DNA of 63,872 nt, the filler included, from Acidimicrobiia bacterium (GTDB taxonomy: Bacteria > Actinomycetota > Acidimicrobiia > Spongiisociales > SHLN01), in NCBI GenBank assembly GCA_041619515.1. It is 3 parts of 3 records of this genome, joined end to end, with 100 filler letters (N's around TTAATTAATTAA, not from the genome) between each part and the next. Parts side by side here need not be neighbours in the genome. Positions count along the whole stretch, not along the records: positions 1 to 25,690 come from JBFKDW010000041.1; positions 25,791 to 51,014 come from JBFKDW010000042.1; 1 more part is not named here. The stretch is one strand, 5' to 3'. A program made the position numbers and the translations under genes. The notes under the pieces are model-generated. The model saw nothing but the letters and a program-made list of their open reading frames with translations. It was not told the origin of the DNA and searched no databases. This document shows positions 19,525 to 29,444 of this stretch, piece by piece. Numbering within the stretch: position 1 is the first letter of the stretch; every line of letters begins with the position of its first letter.

Positions 19525-21419
19525 TCCACCCCTGGAGACTGGCCACCCTCGGAATCACGTTTCTGGCGCTGTTCGTGATGCTGTCGGTTCGGCTGTGGTT
19601 TCTGCAGGTTGCCGCCGTCGAGGAGAACACGATCAAAGCCTCTGCCAACCAGGTGCAGGTGATCTACCAGCAGCCCGCCCGGGGTGAGATTCGCGACATC
19701 AACGGCACGGTGCTGGCCGGCAGCCGTCCCTCACAGACCCTGCAACTGGATCGGTCCGAGGTCACGATCGAACAGGAAGAACAGCTGGTGCAGCGCCTGG
19801 CCGTCCTGTTGGGAGTGGACCAGTCAGAGGTTCGCAATCCCATCAACTCTGCGGCCTCCGGGACGGTCGTCACCCTCGCCCGAGACATCAGCGACGAGGT
19901 CGCGTTCGAGGTTCAGGAATACCAGGAGGACTATCCGGGGATCGAGGTGGCATTGACGCCGGTCCGCACGTACCCGCTCGAGACCCTGGCCGCCCACGTC
20001 CTCGGCTACACGGGTCGGGCCACGAGCGGGGACCTCGAGCGATACGGGGACCGGGTTCGGACCGATGAGGTGTTCGGGCGGGCTGGTGTCGAGCGCCAAT
20101 ACGACAACGTGCTGCGCGGGACCGAGGGGGCAGAGGTGTTCACCGTCAGTGCCGACCGCAGTGTCTGGCAGTTCACCGAAGAGATCAATGCCCGGCCGGG
20201 GTGGAATGTGGTGCTGACCATCGATGCCGACGTCAGCCGGGAGCTCAAGGAGGCGCTGTTCTATTCGCTGGAGATCTCAGAGGGCCTGGGCGAGCAGCCG
20301 ACCGGCAAGGTGGCGGGCCTGGTCATGGACATCACCGACGGATCCATCGTGGCTATGGAGTCCATCCCCGACTACGACCCGAACGCGTTCGTTGGGAGCC
20401 TGAGCGCCGAGGAATTCGAAGTGATTCAGGAGAACAACGCTCTCCTCAACCTCAACGTGCGGGGGACCTTCCCACCCGGCTCGACCTTCAAGGCGGTTCC
20501 CTATGTGGTCGCAGTCGAAGAAGACGTGTGGCCGCGCGATTTGAACGGACCTGAGGACGGCAAGGTGCTCGAGCCCAAGCTGGAGTTCCCGTCGTTCGGG
20601 GAGGGGAGCCCGCAGGTCTTCACCGACTGGAACCCCAACCACGGCTGGACCAACCTGCATGGCGCACTCGTCAAATCCGCCGACGTCTACTTCTGGGAGG
20701 TCGCTCTCGGGGTGTGGGAGGACAACAGCCTCGACGAGTCGATCATCCAGGATTGGGCTCGCCGGCTCGGCTACGGCGCTCCCACCGGGATCGACCTGCC
20801 GGGAGAGGCTGCGGGCATCATGCCGGATCGCGAATGGCGGGAGCGGCTCCATGAGCAGAACCCGGTGGCTTTCCCCAACGGCGAGTGGTACGGCGGAGAT
20901 CTCATGAACACCGTGATCGGCCAGGGTGACCTGGCGGCAACTCCCTTGCAGATGGCAGTTTCCTACGCAGCCCTCGTCAACGGCGGCACGGTGTGGCGGC
21001 CGCGCGTGGTCGACCATTTCGTCGACGCGGACGGCGACGTTGTCGACCGGCGGGAGCCGGCAGTGGTGCGCAACGTCGACATCGACCCTGAGACCTCCGC
21101 CATGCTGCTGCGCGACCTCGCCGGCGTCGTGCGGGAAGGAACCGCGGCCGGCGCATTTGCGGGGTCCCCGTATCTGCGGCAGATTGGCGGGAAGACCGGG
21201 ACTGCCCAGATCGGGGCGTTTGCCGACGACGTCGACACATCCTGGTTCGCCGGCATCTCCCCCATCTCGAACCCGAAGTACGTCGTCGTGATCGTGGTCG
21301 AGGAAGGGGGCGGCGGATCTGCAGTCGCAGCACCGGCGGTGCGCCGGGTGCTCGAGTACCTGCTCGATCCGGCGACCGCCCCGCAGCGCCCGACGCAGGC
21401 GGAGGCGGCGATCCGATGA
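19515..21419 (+). CDS. mrdA: Penicillin-binding protein 2 (class B)
   Basis: RGEI.D.NG, R.YP, STFK (SxxK), SAD, KTGT motifs. Confidence 0.93.
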   Translation: MGVIHPWRLATLGITFLALFVMLSVRLWFLQVAAVEENTIKASANQVQVIYQQPARGEIRDINGTVLAGSRPSQTLQLDRSEVTIEQEEQLVQRLAVLLGVDQSEVRNPINSAASGTVVTLARDISDEVAFEVQEYQEDYPGIEVALTPVRTYPLETLAAHVLGYTGRATSGDLERYGDRVRTDEVFGRAGVERQYDNVLRGTEGAEVFTVSADRSVWQFTEEINARPGWNVVLTIDADVSRELKEALFYSLEISEGLGEQPTGKVAGLVMDITDGSIVAMESIPDYDPNAFVGSLSAEEFEVIQENNALLNLNVRGTFPPGSTFKAVPYVVAVEEDVWPRDLNGPEDGKVLEPKLEFPSFGEGSPQVFTDWNPNHGWTNLHGALVKSADVYFWEVALGVWEDNSLDESIIQDWARRLGYGAPTGIDLPGEAAGIMPDREWRERLHEQNPVAFPNGEWYGGDLMNTVIGQGDLAATPLQMAVSYAALVNGGTVWRPRVVDHFVDADGDVVDRREPAVVRNVDIDPETSAMLLRDLAGVVREGTAAGAFAGSPYLRQIGGKTGTAQIGAFADDVDTSWFAGISPISNPKYVVVIVVEEGGGGSAVAAPAVRRVLEYLLDPATAPQRPTQAEAAIR

Positions 21420-22582
21420 CGAGCGCAGTAATCCGAGGGAGAGGCCTGACTGCCAGTGCCTACGAGAATCGCCGCCCCGACCTCCTGCTGACCAGCGCCC
21501 TTCTCCTGCTGGGAGTGCTCAGCGTCCTCATGATCTACTCAGCCTCCGCCCCCCGGGCCGAGCTGCTGGGAGCCGACCCGGCCGGCGAGGCCCAGAAGCA
21601 AGCGGTGATCGTCTTCGTCGGCCTCGTCATGTTCGCGGCCGGCTCGCTCGTCGGGCATCGGACCCTCCACACGGCCGCTCCGGTCATGTACCTGGCGGCA
21701 GTGACTGCGCTGGGGGCGGTGCTGATCTGGGGGAAGGAAGTCAACAACGCGGTGAGCTGGTTTTCGGTATTCGGGTTCCAGTTCCAGCCCTCCGAATGGG
21801 CCAAGCCTGCGGTGATCGTGATGCTGGCCGCGCTGCTGGCCCCGGCACTGGAGAACAAGATCGGCTGGCGGCGTGTGTTCACCGCGCTCGGGCTGGCCGG
21901 TGCCCCCGTGGCCCTCATCGCCGCCCAGCCCGACCTGGGAACGCTGCTGGCAATCGTCGTGCTGAGCGGGGTGATGCTGTTTGCCGCCGGAGCGTCTCTT
22001 CGCCAGCTCGGACTGCTCTTTGCCGGCGGAGGCATCATCACCTGGTACGCCTTCAATCAGGGATGGCTGCGGCTGGTGGAAGAGCGCATCGATGCATGGC
22101 TCAACCCGGAGCAGAACGCGCTGGCAGTTGCCTTTCAGCCGCTCCAGAGCCAGATTGCCATCGGCAGCGGTGGGTTCGCAGGCCGCGGGTTGTTCGAAGG
22201 CAGTCAGACCAACCTGGCCTTCATCCCGGAGCAGACCACCGACTTCATCTTCACGGCAGTCGGCGAGCAGCTCGGCTTCATCGGTGGGGCGCTGCTCATC
22301 GGGACCTATGCGCTGATCGTTTGGCGCCTCCTCCGGACCGCGGCGGCCGCAGAAGATCGATTCGGCATGCTGGTGGCCATCGGTGTGGCGGCCCTGCTCG
22401 CGTTCCACGTATTCGTCAACGTGGGTATGACGCTCGGCATCATGCCGGTAACGGGTATCCCCCTGCCGTTCATGTCGGCGGGCGGCTCGTCGTTCACCGC
22501 CATGGCTTTCGCCCTCGGCTTGACCCATTCCATCTGGCTGCACCGCAGCAAGGTGCCCGCCCGCCGCTCCAGCCTGGTGTGA
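21416..22582 (+). CDS. rodA: SEDS peptidoglycan glycosyltransferase RodA
   Basis: QPSE.AK, QPDLGT, S.IAIGSGG..GRG, PE.TTDFIF, P.TGIPLPF.S.GG. Confidence 0.95.
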   Translation: MTSAVIRGRGLTASAYENRRPDLLLTSALLLLGVLSVLMIYSASAPRAELLGADPAGEAQKQAVIVFVGLVMFAAGSLVGHRTLHTAAPVMYLAAVTALGAVLIWGKEVNNAVSWFSVFGFQFQPSEWAKPAVIVMLAALLAPALENKIGWRRVFTALGLAGAPVALIAAQPDLGTLLAIVVLSGVMLFAAGASLRQLGLLFAGGGIITWYAFNQGWLRLVEERIDAWLNPEQNALAVAFQPLQSQIAIGSGGFAGRGLFEGSQTNLAFIPEQTTDFIFTAVGEQLGFIGGALLIGTYALIVWRLLRTAAAAEDRFGMLVAIGVAALLAFHVFVNVGMTLGIMPVTGIPLPFMSAGGSSFTAMAFALGLTHSIWLHRSKVPARRSSLV

Positions 22583-22731
22583 CGCGCGATCCGGCATTGA
22601 GCGAGTTCAGCCGACAAGCTCCCGGACGGTAGCCCTCCCGGCCTCGGGCGATCCGGCGGTCGTGTCTGCCTCATACGGCGGGCCTGGAGCCGGCGACCGG
22701 GGGCGGAGCCCGACCGCTATCCTCGCGAGCC

Positions 22732-23313
22732 ATGTACCGACGCGGTGAACGAGGGTGGATCGAGGTCATCGCCGGCCCGATGTTCTCCGGGAAGAGCGAG
22801 GAGCTCATCCGGCGCCTTACGCGCTACCAGATCGCTCGGATCCCCGTTCAGGCGTTCAAACCCCGCCTCGACACCCGGTACGGCGACACCCGGGTGGTGT
22901 CACACTCCTCGCTGTCGGTCGATGCGGAGCCGGTGGCCAATTCCGACGAGCTGCTCCGCTCCGTCCGGGAGAAGACCGTCATCGTCGGAATCGACGAGGG
23001 TCAGTTCTTCGATGAGAAGCTGGTTGATGTGTGCGAGCACCTGGCCGGCCTGGGCAAGCAGATCATCGTTGCCGGCCTCGATCTCGACTACAAAGGCAGG
23101 CCGTTCGGTTCCATCCCCACCCTGATGACCCGGGCCGAGTACGTCTCGAAGATGCTCTCGGTGTGCCACCGCTGCGGCGGCCCCGGCATGTTCACCCAGC
23201 GGGTCATCGATTCGGACGAGCTGGTGGTCCTCGGTGCCACCGACTCGTATGAATCCCGTTGCCGGTACTGCTATGACCCCAGCGAGGCGATGCAGGAGCA
23301 CCTCGAGATCTAG
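22732..23313 (+). CDS. tdk: Thymidine kinase
   Basis: GPMFSGKSEELIRR, IDEGQFF, AGLD.D, CxxC..CxxC. Confidence 0.96.
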   Translation: MYRRGERGWIEVIAGPMFSGKSEELIRRLTRYQIARIPVQAFKPRLDTRYGDTRVVSHSSLSVDAEPVANSDELLRSVREKTVIVGIDEGQFFDEKLVDVCEHLAGLGKQIIVAGLDLDYKGRPFGSIPTLMTRAEYVSKMLSVCHRCGGPGMFTQRVIDSDELVVLGATDSYESRCRYCYDPSEAMQEHLEI

Positions 23314-23608
23314 CCGGTCCCTGTTCCGGGGCAGCGGTCGGCGTCTCGGCCGGGGTCACCAGATTGGGCTGGCGAGGCAACAACCCGGAATGCATTGGCC
23401 TCACGAACCGTTACAGTTCTCAGGGACGGGGACCGAAGCCTGGTAAGGTGACCGCACGGGCCCGCGACGGCCCGTCCTCGCACATTCAGCCGACGGAAGA
23501 CAAACCGCATGCGTCTCGAACAGCATCCATCCTCGTTCGACACCGTCACCTCGTCTGCCCGTCCCCACACATTCAGCGGGCGCCACTGCGCCCCCAAGGA
23601 GAAAATGC

Positions 23609-25225
23609 ATGGCATTGTTTCGTCGAAAAACCCCACAGGTAGTGGGTCGCGGCTCGGGCCGCCAGGCCCCACCCGAGCGCAAGACGCGCACCGTTGGTGG
23701 AGAAGTCGTGGAGATCGCCAGGTTCAAGGCACCGCCTGAGGAACCTGCGAAGACCAAGAAATCCGGCAAACCACAGTCCAAGACCACCAAGACCACCAAG
23801 ACCACCAAGAGCCCAGACCGTAACCGCAACCGCACGAGGTCGGGCAACGGCCGCAGTGGTGAGGGCACCGCCACCCGGCGTGGGCCCCGCGCACAGCCCG
23901 AGGTCATCACCCCACCGGAGACGGGGCGCAAGCAGATGATCGTCCGCCGGCTTCCGCACCAGACGCAGATCGTGGTCATGGAGGGGCCGGTGCTCGTCGA
24001 GCATTACGTAGCCCGCTCCGATCGCAAGTCTCTGATCGGCAACGTCTACCTGGGAAAGGTCCGCAACGTGCTGCCGGGAATGGAAGCCGCCTTCGTCGAT
24101 TTCGGTGAAGGCAAGAACGGCGTGCTGTACGCAGCCGACGTTCAGTACGACTCCGACGGCAACGGTCGCTCCGGCCGGCCCCGCATCGAGAAGGCGCTGA
24201 AGAACGGCGACACCATCATGGTGCAGGTCGTCAAGGACGCCATGGGTCACAAGGGCGCCAGGCTCACCAACGAGGTGTCCCTGGCCGGCCGTCACCTGGT
24301 GCTCGTTCCCGATGCCGAGGATCGTGGTGGCATCTCGCGGCGGCTGCCCGACGACGAGCGGCGCCGGCTCCGAACACTGGTCAACGAGGCCCGCCCCAAG
24401 GGCTACGGAGTCATTGTTCGCACGGCCGCGTTGGGAGCCACCAAGGAAGACGTCGCTCGGGATATCAAGCTGCTCCAACAGTTGTGGGGCGAGATCCAGG
24501 CGGCAGCCAAGTCGGCATCGGCTCCGGCCCTGCTCTATCGGGAGCCGCCGCTCGTCATCCGTGTGATCCGCGAGCACTTCACCTCGGATTTCAAGCGGCT
24601 CATCGTCGACGATCAGGAGACCGAAGCCGAAATTCGAGCGTACCTGGAGGCAACCGACCCGGATCTGCTGAAACGGGTCGAGAGCTACCGGGACGAGATC
24701 CCAGTCTTCGAGCGCTACCACGTCGAGGATCAGCTTCGCAAAGCGCTCGACCGCAACGTCTGGCTTCCGAGTGGCGGCCACATCGTGATAGAGCCGACCG
24801 AGGCTCTGACCGTGATCGACGTCAACACCGGCCGGTTCGTGGGCCGTTCCAACCTCGAGGAGACCGTTCTGCAGAACAACCTCGAGTCGGCCGAAGAGAT
24901 TGCGCGCCAGCTTCGCCTCCGAGACATCGGCGGCATCATCGTCATCGACTTCATCGACATGGAGAGCGAGAAGAATCGTCGGGCGGTCCTCCGCAAGCTG
25001 CAAGAAGAGCTGGCGAAGGACAAGTCGCGGACCCAGGTCTCAGAAGTTTCCAGTTTCGGGCTGGTGGAGATGACACGCAAGCACGTGTCGGAGGGACTGG
25101 TCGAGACCTTCTCCGAAGTCTGCCCAACGTGTTCGGGACGGGGACTGCTCCTCCACGAGGACGCTGCGGCCCTTGGCGATCCGATACCGCGATCTTCCGA
25201 CAGCCAAGCAGCCAGGAAGGGCTAA
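23609..25225 (+). CDS. rne: Ribonuclease E/G family protein
   Basis: GNVYLGKV.NVLPGMEAAFVD, KGARLT, IDVNTG, LRLRDIGGIIVIDFIDM, CPTCSG; disordered K/R-rich N-terminus; AAGGAG RBS. Confidence 0.93.
   Translation: MALFRRKTPQVVGRGSGRQAPPERKTRTVGGEVVEIARFKAPPEEPAKTKKSGKPQSKTTKTTKTTKSPDRNRNRTRSGNGRSGEGTATRRGPRAQPEVITPPETGRKQMIVRRLPHQTQIVVMEGPVLVEHYVARSDRKSLIGNVYLGKVRNVLPGMEAAFVDFGEGKNGVLYAADVQYDSDGNGRSGRPRIEKALKNGDTIMVQVVKDAMGHKGARLTNEVSLAGRHLVLVPDAEDRGGISRRLPDDERRRLRTLVNEARPKGYGVIVRTAALGATKEDVARDIKLLQQLWGEIQAAAKSASAPALLYREPPLVIRVIREHFTSDFKRLIVDDQETEAEIRAYLEATDPDLLKRVESYRDEIPVFERYHVEDQLRKALDRNVWLPSGGHIVIEPTEALTVIDVNTGRFVGRSNLEETVLQNNLESAEEIARQLRLRDIGGIIVIDFIDMESEKNRRAVLRKLQEELAKDKSRTQVSEVSSFGLVEMTRKHVSEGLVETFSEVCPTCSGRGLLLHEDAAALGDPIPRSSDSQAARKG
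23778..23810 (+). repeat. 9-bp tandem repeat in the rne N-terminus
   Basis: (CCAAGACCA)x3+ encoding KTTKTTKTTK. Confidence 0.8.
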
Positions 25226-25237
25226 CCTACCGTCCTC

Positions 25238-25690
25238 ATGTACGCAGTGATCAAGACCGGTGGCCGTCAGGCCAAAGTCCAGGAGGGCGATGTCCTTCAG
25301 GTGGAGCGTCTCAGGACCTCCGGCGAAGTGACGTTCCAGCCCGTGTTGATTGCTGCCGATGACGGCACCGTGATCACCGATCGTGAGGCGCTCGCCGACC
25401 TGTCCGTGAAGGGCAGGGTGCTCGGCGAGGTGCGCGGCAAGAAGGTGGACGTGTTCCACTACCGCAACAAGAGTGGCTATCGCAAGAGCGCCGGGCATCG
25501 CCAGACCTATACCAGTGTCGAGATCACCGAGATTCCCGGCGCGGGGAAGAAGCCGGCGGCGAAGAAGCCTGCGGCAGAGAAGCCGGCGGCGAAGAAGCCT
25601 GCGGCAGAGAAGCCTGCGGCAGAGAAGCCTGCGGCAGAGAAGCCTGCGGCAGAGAAGCCTGCGGCAGAGAAGCCTGCGGCAGAGAAGCCG
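25238..25690 (+). CDS. rplU: 50S ribosomal protein L21 with repetitive C-terminal tail (3' end lost in gap)
   Basis: MYAVIKTGGRQ.KV..GD, GHRQ.YT; follows rne; no stop before the N-run. Confidence 0.95.
25547..25690 (+). repeat. 15-bp tandem repeat encoding (E/K)KPAA
   Basis: Nine full units plus a partial one (e.g. GAGAAGCCTGCGGCA) running into the gap. Confidence 0.95.
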
Positions 25691-25790
25691 NNNNNNNNNN
25701 NNNNNNNNNNNNNNNNNNNNNNNNNNNNNNNNNNTTAATTAATTAANNNNNNNNNNNNNNNNNNNNNNNNNNNNNNNNNNNNNNNNNNNN
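25691..25790. other. Artificial contig linker (N44-TTAATTAATTAA-N44)
   Basis: Symmetric N runs around a 12-mer giving stops in all six frames; identical to 51015-51114. Confidence 0.97.
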
Positions 25791-25791
25791 C

Positions 25792-26073
25792 GACACGATC
25801 GCCCGGGTTGACATCTTTGCGGGGAGTGACATCACCACCCGCTCGGGCGCCAAGATCGGCATGACCGAGGCACAGATCATCGGGTTGTTCGGCGACAAGA
25901 TCGTGATCAGCCCCCATCCGTACGTGGCGGGTGGCAAGTACCTCACGTTTGTGCCGGTGGATGAGGTCGACAAGAACTTCCGTGTCATCTTCGAGACCGA
26001 CGAAAACGGCATCGTCACCTCCTACCGGGCCGGGCGCCTGCCCGAGGTCGGATGGATTGAAGGCTGCTTGTAG
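25792..26073 (+). CDS. 3' fragment of a conserved hypothetical (probably exported) protein
   Basis: Open from the contig start: IARVDI....T.SGAKIG.TE..I..L....HPY..GG.YL...R.IFETD..V..YRAG..PEV..IEGC. Confidence 0.7.
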   Translation, partial: DTIARVDIFAGSDITTRSGAKIGMTEAQIIGLFGDKIVISPHPYVAGGKYLTFVPVDEVDKNFRVIFETDENGIVTSYRAGRLPEVGWIEGCL

Positions 26074-26269
26074 TCCCAGGCGGCACCTCCGGCAGCGGGT
26101 CGCGGGTCTTAGCCGGGACGGCCCCTGCTGGAGGCATTTGCCATATTTCCATCATATGGAATACATGTGCTGGTATTCTCGGTGCACACATCCGCAGAGT
26201 CACGGGTGGCGACGAGTGGTCTGTTCTCGGTACTGAACGATTGCCCGCTCACGAGCAACCGGAGAGGTC

Positions 26270-27298
26270 ATGCCAGAGCAGCCTGGAGGGGATACACGGC
26301 GACGCCGCCCCACCATCCGTGACGTGGCCGCCCGCGCCGGGGTATCCAAGTCCCTGGTCTCCCTGGTTCTGAGTGACTCTCCCCGGGTCAGCGACACGTC
26401 ACGAGCGGCCGTGCTGGAGGCGATCCGGGAGCTCGGATACCGCCCGAGCGCAATGGCCAGAGGCCTGGTGAGCGGCCATTCGGGATTGCTCGGGATGATC
26501 ACCTCCAACGCATCGGATTTCTTCTTCTTCGAGGTCATCGAGGGTGTCTCGGCCCGGCTGGCCGAGACCTCGAGCGGGCTGGTCCCACTCGTCCTGCACG
26601 GCACTCGGGAGCAGGCAACGGAGCTGCGGGCAGCCGAGCAATTCCTCGGACTGGGCGTCGAGGGCCTGATGTTGATGGGATCCGCGCTGTCCGACGTCGA
26701 GATCGAGCGGCTCTCCGACGAGGTGCCGCTGCTGGTGGTCGGACGCCGCGTCGATTCATCAACGGTCGATTCGGTGACCGGTGATGACGAAGGCGGTGGT
26801 GCACTGGCGGCCCGCCACCTGCTCGACCTCGGGCATCGCCGGATAGCTCACATCACCGGCGGAGCTGGCAATGGGTCGGCCGAGCGCGAGCGTGGCTTCC
26901 GACACGCCGTCGAAGAAGGTGGCGGGGAGGCCGCCGTGGTCGAGGGTGGCTACACGCTGGAAGGCGGGCAGGAGGGAGCACGCCTGCTGCTCGAGTCGCC
27001 CGGGCCGTCTGTCACCGCCATCTTTGCAGCCAACGATTTGTGTGCCATCGGTGCCATGCGGGAGCTGCAGGCGGCCGGGCTCCGTGTGCCCGAGGACGTC
27101 TCGATGATCGGGTATGACGATGTCATTCTGGCGTCGCTGCCCCAAATCGAACTGACGACGATCAGCCAGTCCGCCAAGGAGATCGGGCGAACCGCAGCCA
27201 ACTTGCTGATCCGACGGGCCGAGACCGGTCGACGCGAGGCCCAGCAGGCCCTCATCGAACCAGCGCTGGTGATCCGGTCGACGACCCGGCCGGTCTAG
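26270..27298 (+). CDS. LacI family transcriptional regulator
   Basis: TIRDVAARAGVSKSLVS HTH, LGYRP, LGHRRIA, AANDL.A.G, VPEDVS.IGYDD. Confidence 0.95.
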   Translation: MPEQPGGDTRRRRPTIRDVAARAGVSKSLVSLVLSDSPRVSDTSRAAVLEAIRELGYRPSAMARGLVSGHSGLLGMITSNASDFFFFEVIEGVSARLAETSSGLVPLVLHGTREQATELRAAEQFLGLGVEGLMLMGSALSDVEIERLSDEVPLLVVGRRVDSSTVDSVTGDDEGGGALAARHLLDLGHRRIAHITGGAGNGSAERERGFRHAVEEGGGEAAVVEGGYTLEGGQEGARLLLESPGPSVTAIFAANDLCAIGAMRELQAAGLRVPEDVSMIGYDDVILASLPQIELTTISQSAKEIGRTAANLLIRRAETGRREAQQALIEPALVIRSTTRPV

Positions 27299-27579
27299 CC
27301 GAAGCTGGCAATCGCCCGGTCGAGCAGATCCCCCAGGGCGCTCCGCCGCGATTGGGCGACCTGGGAAAGTCGCGGCTCGAACCCGGCAAGCTCCAGGGTC
27401 ATCGGGTCGATGTCTTCGTCCGGCACCGATCGCTGGGCAGCTGCCTGCTGCCGGGCGAGACGGAGGTTGTCGACATTGCCCCGGGCCAGCGTGACCAGAT
27501 CCTCGATGGCGTCAACGGCCGGAATCTCAGACTCAACCAGAACGTAGGCGCGGTGTATCAGACGACTGCCCATATCCAT
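27295..27579 (-). CDS. Hypothetical protein (94 aa)
   Basis: ORF fills the gap between LacI and the acyl-CoA dehydrogenase; helical composition; G-rich RBS-like run. Confidence 0.6.
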   Translation of the reverse strand: MDMGSRLIHRAYVLVESEIPAVDAIEDLVTLARGNVDNLRLARQQAAAQRSVPDEDIDPMTLELAGFEPRLSQVAQSRRSALGDLLDRAIASFG

Positions 27580-27635
27580 GCCCCCCCTATCGGCAGGTGG
27601 GGCAATTCTCTGAAGTTGCGAAATGCCCTGCGACC

Positions 27636-29444
27636 CTAGAACTGCTCGATCGGCATCGCCATCAGCCCGCCGTCCTCGGCCTCGGCCAGCTCGCGGCGCA
27701 GCTTCAGCTTGGGAAGCACCGTGCGGGCGAAGTAGCGAGCCGAGGCGATCTTGCCCTCGTAGAAGGGATCGGCTCCGCCCGCGAGGGAGATCTCGGCGAC
27801 TTCGGCGTGGCGCAGGAGCAGCCAGCCGATGACTACCTCGGCCAGGCTCTCCAGCAGCGGGTTGGCGTGGAGCGTCGGCTTGTAGATCTCCTCGGGGTCG
27901 GCCTGTGAGGCCATCAGGGCTCCCACCATGACGTTCAGCTGGCTCTGGACCTCCTCGAGAGCGGCCCCGAGCAGCTCTCGCTCGGTCGAGAACGAATCGT
28001 CGGCTCCACCGCCTTTCACCGTTTCGATGATCTCGGCCGAGAGAGCCGTCAGGGTCTCGCCGTGGTCACGGACGATCTTGCGGAACAGCAGATCGAGGGC
28101 CTGGATGCCGGTGGTGCCCTCATAGAGCGTGTCGATCTTGGCATCACGGATGTACTGCTCCAGCGGATAGTCCATCGTGAAGCCCGACCCACCGAAGACT
28201 TGTAGGGCTTGAGAGAGCAAGTAGTAGGACTTCTCGGAGGAATACCCCTTGATAAGGGGAAGCAGTAGATCGTTGCGGCGGGTGAACGTATCGTCGTCCG
28301 GGAAGCGCCGCTCCTGATCCTGCAGCCATCCGGCGTAGTAGACGAGGGCGCGCATGCCCTCGGCATGGGCCTTCTGCTCCATGAGCATCCGCCGAACATT
28401 TGGATGGTTGATGATCTCGACCCGGGGGGCCGTCTTGTCCGATGCCTGGGTGATATGAGCACCCTGCTTGCGGACCTTGGCGTATTCGAGTGCGTTCAGA
28501 TAGCCGGTCGAAAGGGTGGCGGCCGACTTGAGCCCGATGAGCATCCGGGCGTGCTCGATGACGCGGAACATCTGGCGAATGCCGTCGTGGACTCCACCGA
28601 CCAGCCAACCGACGGCAGGCTTGTTCATTCCGAATGTCAGCTCACAGGTGGCCGAGCCCTTGATCCCCATCTTCTTCTCCAGGCCGGTGCAGACGACGCC
28701 GTTCCGCTCGCCCGGTGAGCCATCCTCATTGGGGATGTACTTGGGTACGACAAACATCGAGAGGCCCTTCGTGCCGGGTCCCGCACCTTCGGGGCGAGCC
28801 AGCACGAGATGCATGATGTTCTCGTGATAGTCGGACTCGCCGCTGGTGATGAACCGCTTGACACCCTCGATGTGATACATCTCGCCGTCGACCTGGGTGG
28901 CCTTGGTGGTCCCGGCCCCGACGTCGGACCCGGCATCGGGCTCGGTGAGCACCATGGTGCCACCCCAGCGCCGCTCGATCGCCGGCTTCACGAAACGCTC
29001 GATCTGCTCGGGAGTGCCTTCGGTTGCCAGCACGGAGGCCATCATGCCTCCCGAAACGTAGAAGTAGGCCGCCGGGTTGGCTCCGACCAGCAGCTCTTCG
29101 ACCGCCCATGCCAGCGAGGGCGGGGCGCCGAAGCCGCCCAGCTCGGATGAGTACGCCAAACGATCCCATCCACCGTCGTAGATCGCATCGAGGCTCTTCT
29201 GGACACCGTACGGGAGCTCGATCTCACCGTGGTTGAGCTCGAGGGGGGTGCGATCGGCTTCGACGAAGCTGGCGGCAAAATCCTCGCGGGCGAGGCGGTC
29301 GATCTCCCGCAGCACGTCCCGGACTGTTTCTTCGTCCATTTGCTCGAACGGCTCCTCGCCCAGGTACTCCTGGGTGCGATACGCCTCGAACAGGTTGAAC
29401 TCGATGTCTCGCAGATTGGTCCGGTAATGATGCGGCTGTGACAT
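27636..29444 (-). CDS. Acyl-CoA dehydrogenase (FadE5-like long type)
   Basis: HY.TNLRDIEFNLFE, TMVLTEPDAGSDVG, GVKRFITSG, KGLS.F.VPK, IRDAKIDTLYEGTT.IQ. Confidence 0.93.
   Translation of the reverse strand: MSQPHHYRTNLRDIEFNLFEAYRTQEYLGEEPFEQMDEETVRDVLREIDRLAREDFAASFVEADRTPLELNHGEIELPYGVQKSLDAIYDGGWDRLAYSSELGGFGAPPSLAWAVEELLVGANPAAYFYVSGGMMASVLATEGTPEQIERFVKPAIERRWGGTMVLTEPDAGSDVGAGTTKATQVDGEMYHIEGVKRFITSGESDYHENIMHLVLARPEGAGPGTKGLSMFVVPKYIPNEDGSPGERNGVVCTGLEKKMGIKGSATCELTFGMNKPAVGWLVGGVHDGIRQMFRVIEHARMLIGLKSAATLSTGYLNALEYAKVRKQGAHITQASDKTAPRVEIINHPNVRRMLMEQKAHAEGMRALVYYAGWLQDQERRFPDDDTFTRRNDLLLPLIKGYSSEKSYYLLSQALQVFGGSGFTMDYPLEQYIRDAKIDTLYEGTTGIQALDLLFRKIVRDHGETLTALSAEIIETVKGGGADDSFSTERELLGAALEEVQSQLNVMVGALMASQADPEEIYKPTLHANPLLESLAEVVIGWLLLRHAEVAEISLAGGADPFYEGKIASARYFARTVLPKLKLRRELAEAEDGGLMAMPIEQF

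Noticed and set aside
25547..25690. Possible CRISPR array
   Set aside because: Contiguous 15-bp units with no spacers, in frame within rplU; no cas genes.
25735..25746. TTAATTAATTAA palindrome as a biological site
   Set aside because: Embedded in symmetric N runs and repeated identically at 51059-51070; an assembly linker.
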